DNA of 59,761 nucleotides, filler included. It is 4 parts of 4 records of this genome, joined end to end, with 100 filler letters (N's around TTAATTAATTAA, not from the genome) between each part and the next. Parts side by side here need not be neighbours in the genome. Positions count along the whole stretch, not along the records: positions 1 to 29,239 come from DRR378314_141; 3 more parts are not named here. One strand, written 5' to 3'. Below are positions 1 to 11,118 of this stretch, piece by piece (the stretch's first letter is position 1; each line of letters opens with the position of its first letter). A program made the position numbers and the translations under genes. The notes below the pieces were generated by a model. That model was not told where the DNA came from, ran no database searches, and saw nothing but the letters and a program-made list of their open reading frames with translations.

Positions 1-10
1 CTTTTCTGTC

Positions 11-30
11 TTTTTTTTTTTTTTTTTTTT
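11..30. repeat. Poly-T tract (T20) near the window start
   Basis: Read directly from the sequence. Confidence 0.95.
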
Positions 31-340
31 GCAAACGCGCGCAATTCGGTGCGGGCCTGTCGTTCCCGGCGAGCGCTTTTCCACGCTGGGATGCCGGGGC
101 GTGCCAAGGCGGCACCTCTGGTGCCATAGTTGGTCCTATCCGTCGTTTCCATTGCTGTTGGCAATTATCACACTTTCGCTTGACTTGCAACGTTAGAGCA
201 GACGCGATGGCCCATTTACTACACGCATTGGCCTCGCAAAGCGACGTTGCAATACTTCATTTTCCTAATCGAGGGGTTGTATGCGGCGCGATCATTGTAC
301 GGCGGGAATGCAATAATGCGAATTTTTTCCCTGCTTGCAG

Positions 341-2386
341 TGGAGTACAAGCTTAAGCTGTGCGGTATCGATCGAGAGCGGCTGGAGCGACTGGTACGTT
401 GCAGCCTGGACTGCGTGTGGAGTGAGCTTTGGCTTTCTAACTCACAATTGTGAGAAGTCGGTACTGTCAACCATCTGGTCTTGCGCAGCGCATACTCTGT
501 GGCCACGGCGAAGTGGTCGCTCCTGTGCAAGCGTGCTTCAATCCGCGCTTGTCTACGGCCTGGTTGCCGTTGCCTCTCGCACGGGTCATGAGCCGTTGGT
601 CTGCAACGCGCGACACGCCAGTGTGGTTTGTTTATGTTTGGTTTCTGATAAAATACATCTTGAAAGGCTAGACGGTTCACAGTCGCTGCGCCATCATTAT
701 TATTATTTGCGGTCGCAGAGTGCAGCATCGCGCCTTTTGCTTTGGGAATGGTGGTGTGACGCGTCCAGTCTCGGCGAATGTCGTGCCGAAACGCTGTTTC
801 ACATTGCTTGTCTGCAGGTTACGCAGCTGCAGTATCGGATGAACGAGGGAGAGGGTGAGGCGTTGTACGAAATTGGAGTTGCAGACGATGGAACGCTCAT
901 CGGACTGACCGACGCAGAACTGGAGGAATCAATGCGAAATCTGCGAGTGATGGCGGAACAGGTCGGCGCCATTGCCACAGTTTTGCGACGAGTGCGTGGC
1001 GAGAACGGTGCATGTGTCGAAGTTCTTGTGCGTGCAAAGCCAATGCAAGGCGCAGTTTCTCCTGTAGATGTCCGAATATGCGTCGCCGGAAATGTCGACT
1101 CGGGAAAATCCACGTTGATCGGTCTCCTCACTGGACATGGGGATGGAGAGGGTCGGGCAGTCAAGGACAATGGCCGCGGGCGCGGCCGCCTTGGTGTGTT
1201 TCGGCATCGGCACGAGATAGAAAATGGACGCACGTCCTCGATCTCGTACCAGATCATGGGCTTTGACGCCGATGGAGGCGTCGTGAATCATCAGCATACC
1301 CGCCAACTCGGGTGGACGGAGCTCGTGCAGCAAAGCAGCAAAGTCATTAACTTTTACGATCTGGCGGGGCACGAGCGCTACCTGAAGACGACGATGTATG
1401 GCCTAACCGCCTCCATGCCAGATTACTGTCTGCTGCTTGTCGGTGCCAACATGGGCATTCAGCGCATGACGAAAGAGCATCTTGGTATCGCGCTCGCACT
1501 ACACATCCCCATCATCGTAATCATCACCAAGATCGATCTTTGTCCTAAACATGTTTTCGAAGAGAATCTGGCTATGTTGCGCCGCATTCTCAAGTCGCCC
1601 TCCGTGCGCCGCATTCCGTTTGCGGTCAAGTCGCACGACGATGTGCTAACTGCCGTCAAGGGCATGGCATCAGACCGCTTCGCCCCGATTCTCTGCGTCT
1701 CGAACGTCACGGGGGAGAACATCGACCTCGTCATATCGATGCTGAATCTTTTACACCCGCACAGAAATTGGAAAGGAGCGCGCAGTAATCCGTTCCGTGT
1801 CTTCGTCGAAGATGTATTTCTCGTGCCTGGCGTCGGCCTCGTCGTCGCGGGCACCGTGGCGGCCGGTGAAGTCGAAGCGAACTCGCCGTGCCTTCTCGGG
1901 CCCGACGACAACGGCGCATTCCACGCTGTTACTGTCAAAAGTATCCATGTGAAACGCGTCGCTATGCATAGCGCACACGCTGGTCAAAATGCTTCCTTTG
2001 CTATTGTACAGCCTCGAAAGTCTGTTCTTCGGCGCGCACAGATTCGCAAGGGGATGGTGCTCGTTGCTGCTGGTCAGGAGCCGGTCGTGTGCCGGCGGTT
2101 CGAGGCGGACGTTCTCATCCTGCATCACCCAACCACGCTCCGCCCAGGATACCAGCCTATCATCCACTGCGGCGGTGTCCGTCAGTCCGCCCGGATCGTT
2201 CAGATGGACAAAGAATTACTGCGGACAGGTGACAAAGCGCGCTGTGAGTTCGAATTCATGTATCGACCGGAAGCTCTGACCGACGGTGCGCGTCTCGTGT
2301 TCCGAGAAGGGAGAACCAAGGGAACCGGACGCATCTCGCGCGTTATGCCGCTCGACAGCAGTCCGGCCGCTGCTGGAAACCCATAG
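341..2386 (+). CDS. GTPBP2: GTP-binding protein 2-like translational GTPase (5' exon(s) not located)
   Basis: Exon 341-393 (EYKLKLCGIDRERLERL) splices through a GT-AG intron (394-817) to exon 818-2386 (VTQLQYRMNEGEGEALYEIGV). It has the P-loop GNVDSGKST plus GRTSS, DLAGHERYLKT and TKID motifs and EF-Tu-like beta-barrel domains. The EYKLKL N-terminus is GTPBP2-like. Stop is TAG. Confidence 0.88.
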   Translation, partial: WSTSLSCAVSIESGWSDWYVAAWTACGVSFGFLTHNCEKSVLSTIWSCAAHTLWPRRSGRSCASVLQSALVYGLVAVASRTGHEPLVCNARHASVVCLCLVSDKIHLERLDGSQSLRHHYYYLRSQSAASRLLLWEWWCDASSLGECRAETLFHIACLQVTQLQYRMNEGEGEALYEIGVADDGTLIGLTDAELEESMRNLRVMAEQVGAIATVLRRVRGENGACVEVLVRAKPMQGAVSPVDVRICVAGNVDSGKSTLIGLLTGHGDGEGRAVKDNGRGRGRLGVFRHRHEIENGRTSSISYQIMGFDADGGVVNHQHTRQLGWTELVQQSSKVINFYDLAGHERYLKTTMYGLTASMPDYCLLLVGANMGIQRMTKEHLGIALALHIPIIVIITKIDLCPKHVFEENLAMLRRILKSPSVRRIPFAVKSHDDVLTAVKGMASDRFAPILCVSNVTGENIDLVISMLNLLHPHRNWKGARSNPFRVFVEDVFLVPGVGLVVAGTVAAGEVEANSPCLLGPDDNGAFHAVTVKSIHVKRVAMHSAHAGQNASFAIVQPRKSVLRRAQIRKGMVLVAAGQEPVVCRRFEADVLILHHPTTLRPGYQPIIHCGGVRQSARIVQMDKELLRTGDKARCEFEFMYRPEALTDGARLVFREGRTKGTGRISRVMPLDSSPAAAGNP

Positions 2387-3292
2387 CCTTGCATGGCCCT
2401 ACCTATAGTTGCCATTTGGCCTTCATTATGAGTTGGAGGTCGCATGGTTCGCTGTCGCGTAGCAGATTTTCTGGGAGGTGCATAGAGGGGCCGTAGTTTC
2501 CGGCAGAGCGCTTTCCCGCGCAGTATTGGGGGGGTGGCGGCGCGACCCACGTGCGGAAGTCGTGTTCGCTGCGACACAGTGGCTCCTCCCTTCAGGCGCG
2601 CGCGGCAGCGCTGCAGCGACGGGAAGAGGAGGGGAATATAGTAATTAGGTGTGCCTTGTGCTGACTGCATTGTACGGTTACATAACGTCTCCACGTGAAC
2701 GAAGTTCGATCGTGCGAATGAATGGGGAAGATGGCGTTTCGGAACGCTGCGTTAACAAACTGCAAAATTTGTGACGGGGAACATCGGGAAACCGTAGCGG
2801 CCGTGCCATACGCGACATCACAAAAACGCGCGAGAATGCGACATCGCCGCAGTTTATCAAGAGCGGCTATCGCCGCCAAAGCCGCTGTTTCCCTTTAGCA
2901 AGCATGCATAACGAAGCAACGATGCCGCTGCTGTGAGGAAGTGCAAGGATGGAGCCCTACAAAAAAGACGGGACGAAGGTCGTCACGAACACTCGACAGC
3001 ATTCATTTCCGTAGCGCCGCCAGCGGTTCCATGCAGCACAAGGCACCACCATTCGACAAAGATAAAAAGGAAGCGAAACGCGTCGCCCCGAAAAAGAAAA
3101 AAAGAACACAGTTCTCCATTCCCGAAATAAGCTCCCTCCCGCCCCCACAAGGGAGGCAGCTTGCTCGCTGTTCGGCCACTTGTCTGGGTTACTATATATG
3201 CTCTTTGCTCGTGTGGTTGTTCTTTCTTTTCCTTCTTCCTCAACACGCCAGCCTCGCCCTGCAATAACAGCGCGCGCACTGGACGCGCATGA

Positions 3293-4409
3293 CTAATACT
3301 TGTACTTTGTAGAATAATCTTTTGGAGAAACCACCAGACCTCGTCCCTTTTTCGCTCCGCGATACACAGTTTCAACAATATCGACCATTTCTTGCTTGTC
3401 GGTGAGCGGCCAGTTGATCTTGTTGTTGTTCCCCGTTCCCAGATCGACCATGATGTGCTTGTTCCGGAAGAAAAACATCGTGGTGCAAGGGTCGTACAAT
3501 TCGTACATGGCATTGAATTCGGGGACTTCAGTAATATCCACCTGCAGAAGTGAGGGCACGCACATTGGCGCAAGGAGCTCATAAGCGATTCGTACGCGCG
3601 CTGGCACATGAGCAAATCGTTCAAACGCCATGCCGGCGCCCCGCGCGCACTTTGCGCTGGCGAGAAGCAACGTCCACCGCAAGAACTGCGCGGCGATTCT
3701 TCACAAAATAAAATGATATACGAAAACTTCATACCAGGTAGACAACGGCGAAATTCTTGATTTTTTCAGCAATTGCGTACAGCGTCTCGTCTTGCTGCAT
3801 GCACTGAGGATCCCAATCGTGGCCGAACCGAATCATCACAACGCGCTCCTCCTGCAGCCACGTCTCGCGCAGAGCACCAACACAACATCACGTCAGCACT
3901 GTACTTTCTCACTCGAATAGATCACAGAACCATGTTTTTTGATCCTGTGATATCCAGTCAGGGGGAGGGAGAAGTGCCTGAGCTTCTGCGCGCGCCTTGC
4001 CGCACACAGGCTGCACATAGGGCGGTCGACGTACACACTGTGCGTACGGCGTTTCGCTCGCGCATGTCAGCGCTGCAACCTCACCCACCGTAGAAGTTAA
4101 CCACTTTTGTTTGTTTTCGCTCTCTCAGTAGATCCAAAAGGGAGCCTCGTGAATATTTAGGTGACAAAGCGCATCCATGCAGACTGAAGGAGCAGGAAGC
4201 CGGAACTTTCTGCGTCGCACGCACAACGAGGCACCTCGCGCGCGGCGAGGGCGCCAGGCCAACGCGACGAGCAAAGCTCGCTGCGCACGTACTGAAATGA
4301 GGGAAATCGTACGGAAAAATCAAAATAAAGAATGCAATGTTCGTACCTCACTCAGAATTGCTTGGTCAACATCCCATGCCGTGTGCAAGTGCGGGAGCAT
4401 GTACGACAT
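3293..4409 (-). CDS. DIM1: U5 snRNP thioredoxin-like protein Dim1/TXNL4A, 3 exons, 142 aa
   Basis: Exons 4409-4347 (MSYMLPHLHTAWDVDQAILSE), 3851-3735 (EERVVMIRFGHDWDPQCMQQDE...AVVYL) and 3541-3293 (VDITEVPEFN...KDYSTKYKY*). Both introns are GT-AG. Confidence 0.97.
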
Positions 4410-5194
4410 TGTTCGGAGATGAACGCCTGCGTGGCAGAGAGGTGCACGACGCAACGAGGTGCCTTCGAGCGCACAAACGTTGGCGACAAGCGCGCTTCGC
4501 TCAACACTGCAAAGGCTAAAGCCCTACCAAACTACAGCAACGACAGTGCCCTGTGGAGAAAAAAACCGTTAGCACGATCTCCCCCAGGTGCACTTGCTGC
4601 GGTGCAGAGGCACGCGCCTGCTGTGGATACACGAGGAGAAGTAGGGGAAAATGTTGCACAAGCCTGCAACTGGTGCTCTCGCGGGCGGACGCTTGCGCGT
4701 TCGATTCGCTGCCGCAAATCTGGAATATATCATATAGCATAATAGAAGTATTGCTGTATCGTGCGGAACTGCCAAACGATTTGTGCCGCGCACTGCTGCA
4801 CTCCTGCCTAGGGCGGGGAACACTTCTCTCAGCTCGGCTAGAGGCGCGCATCGTGATCGCCGAACGAAAGGCGGATCGCCAGCACGCATAAAAATGGAAA
4901 TGCCGCGTCAAATTTAGCGATAAAGCAAGAAAGGAAGAAATTGACATCGTTTAGACACATCGGCTGAAAATGAAAGAACAAAGGTGACGCGTGTTGAAAG
5001 GAATATTGGTGGCTGTTCTCTGGTTCAGAACACTAGAAGTGCGCGTTGGCGCGCGTGCCCCTACCGGGCGAGAGAGTTTTTACATTCCTGCGCACGCGCT
5101 GTCCTCGCTTGGAGCGACTTATAGGACATAGAAACTGTTCGCTCTTGAACAAAAAAGCAAAATATTTGGGGCCGCTGAAGCGGTTTTGGATTTG

Positions 5195-7030
5195 TCAGGA
5201 GCTTTCAGGGTGCGGGAATTGTCCAGGTGTGGAAAGGGCTTCCGCGCAGCGCGTGCCTGCAAACGCGCAGCGACAGCAGCAGCCGTACGCTGGAGGTACG
5301 CATTCCGTAGTCACCTCGTAGACAGAAGGCGTTGTCAGGCAACTGCATTCACATTTGTGAATGTGAAAACCATGGGATGGTGAAATTGCGAGGACATGAG
5401 ACTGGTGCAGTTCGCAGAGTTCAACGATGCGCTCCAGTGGTGAGCTGTAAGAAGGTGAGCAGTTCCCACCAACAGTTGCGTCCAGCGCTGCGGTGGACAG
5501 GTTTTGTAGCATACAGGCAATTGCGTCCTGAAATTGCATCGCATGCATGCGGACGGGGACTGTTCTTGACGTTCATTACATCTGTGATAGGGTTTCATTG
5601 CAGTGTCCAATGATGTGCATGGTGCCTTTCAGGCGGTACCTCCCGTGCTTCCGTGGTTTTGGTCTCGGTAAGGCGCTCCGAGTCGTCCGTCCGCGTTGCC
5701 GCTGGCAAGACGCAGCAAAGGTCGAGCTGGCTCGCCCTTGCTCCTGCTTGCACTGTCACTCTTTCGCGAAGGGCGTCATGCACTGGCATGTCCCCGGCTT
5801 GTGCGATGCAAGTAATATATGCAGACCCCAATTTGGCTCAATGGAATCCGTTGAAGCTAAGGAAACGCAACATTCACGTGAAAATGAGGGATGGAAAGAG
5901 CGGGACTGAGACGCACGTGCGCTTTCTGAGGATTGGGAAGGCGGCGCGTTGCTGCTCGTCAAGCGCAGAGATGGACTGGGCCACAGAGCTCCGCCGACAG
6001 GTGCGGCTGCTCCGCCGTCGCTCTGTTTCGCAAGTGAAAAATACATAGCTGGCAGCCCCCCTTTCTCACGCCCGTAGCATTTGCACCAAAGTGATCAAAG
6101 AGGATCCCTTTAGCGAGTCGTATCAGCAGGCGTGCCCGCAAGGGTCAGCAAAGGATCCTTGCCGAAGCGCCTTCCTTCCGTGCCTCGCGTCGTCACTGGG
6201 ACTTGCTGCTACTCCCCGAGACACATAGGCAGGCGTAACCATCGCATTGTGGGGAAGGAGGCACTCCAGTAGCGCCTTCCGGGAAAGTTTCCAATCCATC
6301 CACCGCTCCGCCAGCGCCTGGTCCAGGCATGCTGCTACCGCATAAAGATCGGGCACGCTTTCGGATTTTGTGCACAACGTGCGCGCGCGCGCGAGCTCTC
6401 GTTAGAAATGATCAACACGGAAAATGAAGGTGTAGTCGAGGATACTTGTTCGCACAAGCTGGGATACCGGGACGGGCAAACGGAGATTCGCTGTAGCAGC
6501 ACGCGCTGGAAATATACTGAAGCAACAGTGGGGCCGCTGTAACCTTTGCGGTGCCTACTCGTTTCCTTCCCGTCCATTGGCCCACCGAAATATCCTTTCT
6601 TGCACTGGGAACTTCACAACCAGAAGCACAGGCAAAGAAGTGATGTAACGCATAATGTAATTTATGGTCTGACTCTGCAGCAAGATTCCGCGCTACGCAC
6701 AAGAGTTTGCGTCAAACTGAATACGGTATAGCAGTGTCGCTCGCCTGGCCTTCCTGACCGACCCCCAGCTGCGCCGCGCGCACGGAGAAACGCAGCACTC
6801 GCGGAAAGGATCCTTGCTAGCTAGAGAAACGGTCTGACGATAAAGGGACGATGCACAGTGTGAGCGCCAAGTTACATATTCATTACAGAGATGCGTATCT
6901 GAGAGTGTAGGCGAGTTTGCGGGCATCCTATGCCTTTCCGCTGAAAATGTGCTGCGCAGTTCGCCTGCGTGGACAAGTGCGCAGACTCTCAGAGCAACTG
7001 TGCGAACCAAATCTCATGAGCTGTTGCAAT
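5195..7030 (-). other. Possible fragmented multi-exon gene of unknown function (unresolved)
   Basis: Short helical-looking open segments (e.g. VPDLYAVAACLDQALAERWMDWKLSRKALLECL; RARLLIRLAKGILFDHFG followed by a GTGAGA donor; SPLERIVELCELHQ after a YAG acceptor). No family recognised and no consistent gene model built. Confidence 0.2.
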
Positions 7031-8583
7031 AGGGCTTCCTCCTGCAGGGCCCCTCACCTTTTGGGTACACCGGGAAGCGATTCAGGCGTGAGCGAGCGGG
7101 CCGGTCGTCGTGACGGTGCAATCTTCGAGCAGCGCCGGCAGCAGCCTTATTTTTCTCTTGCCAGCTCCACCCCAGAGTCCCGTCAGACTCTCGCAGGTGC
7201 GTTGCCTACTGCAAGCTGCAGTTGTGTTCGCTGCTCCTGTCGCCATTCTTTTCATCACAAAGTGAAAATACGATTAATTTCTATGCCTTAGCGCTTTATG
7301 TGCTGGAAAAATCGCGCGCACATTTTCGTCTCGCTGGAGGGCGACCCGCTGGCAGTCTCACCGCTTCGCTCTTCCAGTTGCACAAACACATTGCGCGCGC
7401 AAAACGAGGATCGCCACTCGCTGCTTGCCTTAGCTGCAGACAGGCGTTCTAAGCGAGACGCTTGCTTTTCCAGAGTTCATCATGATGACGAAACGTTCGC
7501 TTCGCTCGTGTCCACCTGCTGTTCCACTTGTGTCATATCCCTTGTATCATATTTTCCCGAAAGGAGCAAAGCTCTGCATTTATGACGTAGCACGATACGT
7601 AGTGCGTTTACAAGCACGAGAAAGCTGGTCGCGCAGCGTCTTCCTTGCCGGGGCCCGTGCTGTCTTTCCGCACGCCGTACCTACGTTCACCGCGAGGGAG
7701 GGGGAATGTACCACAATGCCTGCGCTTCAACAACGCAGAGAAGATGTGCCGAGCCAGTTTGCCCGCGCACGTTGGACGCATGTACGCACGAGATGGACAG
7801 AGCTCGCAGATGAATTCGTTTCCTGTTGAGCTTCCAGCGAGGGCGGGCAGCGGATTTCACCTCCACTCTGCGCAAGTACCGCCGTGTTTCAGCACAGGCT
7901 CTGCAGAGCACCGCTTCGCGAGACACGAGCGCGCAGCGTGTGTACAGTCAGCCTTGGCAAGGGTGGCATCCGCGCGATCTGGCCGGGTAGGAGCCTCAGG
8001 TCGGGCTGTCCCACGGTGGGAGCGAGTATGGTAGCGCCACATCGCACGTGGGGGCCCGGTGTTCGTCGGCTTGGTTCTTACAGATGAACCCTACTCTCTT
8101 AAGCACTTTTGGGCCGGGTGCACCAACCCGGAACTGACGAAGCCTCTCCGCTCGCAGCTCGTCGTTTCCTTTCTGGTGTGCTACGCGGCTTCCGTACTCT
8201 GCCTCTCTCCCACGCTTGCACAGAAAAGAAGCCTTCGTCCGATTGTGTGGCCAGCACAAATTCTTGTGGCTATAGCAATCGCATAGACGGCGTTGCATGC
8301 TCGTTGGCACAGGCGGCGCTGCGCGCTCGCCGCAACGTACAAGCCTGCGCGCGAGGCTGCTTCTCGTCTCGCGGAAATACCTCGTCACCTTGGGATCTAC
8401 CGTTTGATGCGTTCTTTGCGGTACAGCGCAAGCGGCAGTTGCCTTCCTGCATGTGCAAGGGACCTTCTACACAAATTCCCCGGGTATAATCAGCAACCAC
8501 CCTGAGCCAAAACTTGGGATTTTTTGTGCGTTTTCCGCCCTGTTTTTCATCCATTCGCTGCAATCGTAGCAGCTTTCCCCAGA

Positions 8584-10449
8584 ATGGCGAATACGTATCC
8601 AGTGGAAGGACTGGACGTCCGCGGTCTGATAAATTTGCAGCCCGACGAGACGATTGTCCGGCAGTGCGATACGGTCAAAGGAATTCCTCCGATGTCCTTT
8701 GCAACGCATCTTGCTCTCACGCTTTTGACCTTCTTCACGTGGCCCATCGCTTATTGCATTATGGTTTGTTCATGGCCGAGAATCAATATGACAGTTGTGC
8801 TGACGAACATTCGCGTGGTCTTCCTCTACAATAACAGCGGATACAAGAAGCGCATTGCCTCATCCAGGGCCCAGCAGCACTTTCCTCTGGCAAGTATCGC
8901 CGCCGTGCAAGAAACCTTTGGGTCGAGCTCCACCTGCTGTGGAACGCAGCGGTCAGTCTCCACAATCCGTATATGGTTCCGTGCGTACCCCGTCGCTTTC
9001 CCTTCGGACGTGGTACCTCATTCAGCCATTCCTCTTGGTGCAGGAGGGGATGGGGCAGACGGGCGCTCTTTCTTGAAGGATGCGGTCAAGGACACTGTGA
9101 AAGATATACAGAGAAGCCCAGATCTTCTGTCACTGCTCTTCAAACTACTGCGGAAAGGGTTCAAGCGCGCCCGGTCAGTTGCGGAAGGGATGCAGGGGGA
9201 AGTCAAGGCACTTTTCATTGCTCCAGATGACTACATTGTCTTTCCGTGGGACGCGCGCGAGGACCAGAAATTGTCAAAAAGCAATACCTTTGTTGCAGAC
9301 CTGTGCAGACTTGTGGCAGATGCACAAGGAAGCAGCGTCAAGCTTGATCCCTCTGCTACGGTGCAAATGGTTGACGAGCAGCCGTCGGCTATCTCGATTG
9401 GCGAAGGCACCACCGCTCACTATTCACGGCAATCATATGGCGTGGGGTCGTCGGAAGTGGTCGGAGCTGGCGCCATGGTACAACCACACGTATCGTTTAT
9501 GGATTGGATCCTCAGTGTTTTGACCCTGGGGGTTTACTACTTTACTACAATTCGAGCAATGCGAAAAACCAGGGCAGTTCTATTGACAACCAGCTCTCGG
9601 GTGATCACGACCATAATTACGGGAGGCGGGTCGTCATACCTGCGAATCACAAACGAAGAGAAAAAACGTCGCATGATTGATGTGCGACATGCATTCTTCG
9701 GCGGGCCTGTCTTAGGTGGATATACGTCGAGGATGGTAACAGGAAACTGTTTCGTAAGAAAGAGCGCCGGTGAAATTGGCATGTTTACGCGATTCGGCAC
9801 AATCGAGTACTGTGATGAGATGGTCAAAGGCACAATGCACGAGATCATGAGGAACGCCTTCCTACAGATACTACGCGACTCTGCAGACTGCCGCATGTTC
9901 AACATGGCAAGTCCGCTCGAGCCGGTGAAAAGCTACAATACGATCTCAGACGCGCTCAGGCAAAATGAGGTTCATATCGCGTCTGCGGCTGGGAAAACGC
10001 GCCGCTATTTGGGCCTATTTGGCTTAATTCGGTGGGTCATCGCCGCAATCATAACGTGCTGCTCAGGCCCCCATGAGACGAAAACCAGCATCATTGTCAC
10101 ATCGGAGCGACTCGCTGTTGTCAACGAGCTTGTACGTAAAATTGGCGGCGTTGATTACATGTACGTGTTACTGTTTCCTCTGTCCTCCCTCAAGTACGTA
10201 GCGCATACTGACGTTGATATGTTCCAGAACTGCCTCGGACCTTCATACGAGCCAATTCCAGGCTTCGGACCGGCAGGCCTTCTGCTGCGATCGTCAGTAG
10301 GGGAAGTGAGACTTCCTTTTGTTCATCTGGACTCGCGGAAGGAAACTGTGAACAACCTGTTTGCCACATTGAGTGCTGTATGCGTACAAAACGCCAGAAA
10401 ACCAGCACAAAAAGCTTTCGACGAAGAAGATCCCTCCACGATGTACTGA
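8584..10449 (+). CDS. Intronless 621-aa membrane protein with three tandem PH-like (bPH-type) repeats
   Basis: Long uninterrupted ORF with first ATG at 8584. It has three units of L/V-x-x-x-E-x-V/I...hydrophobic segment...T-x-x-R-V/L; units 1 and 3 also end in FPLxS. Confidence 0.8.
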   Translation: MANTYPVEGLDVRGLINLQPDETIVRQCDTVKGIPPMSFATHLALTLLTFFTWPIAYCIMVCSWPRINMTVVLTNIRVVFLYNNSGYKKRIASSRAQQHFPLASIAAVQETFGSSSTCCGTQRSVSTIRIWFRAYPVAFPSDVVPHSAIPLGAGGDGADGRSFLKDAVKDTVKDIQRSPDLLSLLFKLLRKGFKRARSVAEGMQGEVKALFIAPDDYIVFPWDAREDQKLSKSNTFVADLCRLVADAQGSSVKLDPSATVQMVDEQPSAISIGEGTTAHYSRQSYGVGSSEVVGAGAMVQPHVSFMDWILSVLTLGVYYFTTIRAMRKTRAVLLTTSSRVITTIITGGGSSYLRITNEEKKRRMIDVRHAFFGGPVLGGYTSRMVTGNCFVRKSAGEIGMFTRFGTIEYCDEMVKGTMHEIMRNAFLQILRDSADCRMFNMASPLEPVKSYNTISDALRQNEVHIASAAGKTRRYLGLFGLIRWVIAAIITCCSGPHETKTSIIVTSERLAVVNELVRKIGGVDYMYVLLFPLSSLKYVAHTDVDMFQNCLGPSYEPIPGFGPAGLLLRSSVGEVRLPFVHLDSRKETVNNLFATLSAVCVQNARKPAQKAFDEEDPSTMY

Positions 10450-11118
10450 CGACAGCGGGATACTAGAGGCCTCGAGATAAAGTGATACGGGCAGCGCAAC
10501 AAACTCTGTGCCTTCGCCTCGGAAGAAAAAAAATGGAAATAATGTGCGGAACGGGTAAACCAATCATCTCTCTGCAGTGGTGAAATATGCATTTACAGAT
10601 CGAGATCGATGTGATGGTTTTTCTGTCGGGTGTGAAAAATCGCATTCTCTTGCACGTGCACCTGCGCGGGCTGGAAGTGCGCCCCGCAGCTCCCCGGAGA
10701 CGCAGAAACGCCTCGTCGCGCAGGTGCGCCATAGATCTTGCAAGAGCATCGACTGCCGAAAATAAAAAGTGCCGTTGAATGCAGTAGTAATCTTTCGAGC
10801 TTGCACCATTATGCACTCTTCGCAAAAACGAAGAGGTAGAGTGCCAAGTCTGGCGCGCTGCTGTGCTTCCCAATACACAGGCGACGGGCCATTTCCTTGC
10901 TCGCTTTGGACGCGCGAGCAAGAGGCACTGTACAAGAACGAACTGGAGCACAGCACATCGCTGAGCAAGGCAATGCAATGATCGTGTCTGCAAACCATTT
11001 ATCATCATGTTCTGAGTATTCACTTTGTACAATCTGGGTTCTACTCCAAGAAATTCGGAAGGCGACCACAGCAAACTGCAACACAGCCTTACAATTGCAG
11101 CACGCACACGGGCCGCAA

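Noticed and set aside
335..817. 160-aa N-terminal extension of the GTPase in the ORF track
   Set aside because: It is mostly intron 394-817 read through; the true upstream exon is in another frame.
6590..6598. ATATCCTTT as a U12-type 5' splice site
   Set aside because: There is no convincing TCCTTAAC branch site or host exon, and one such 9-mer is plausible by chance in this much sequence.
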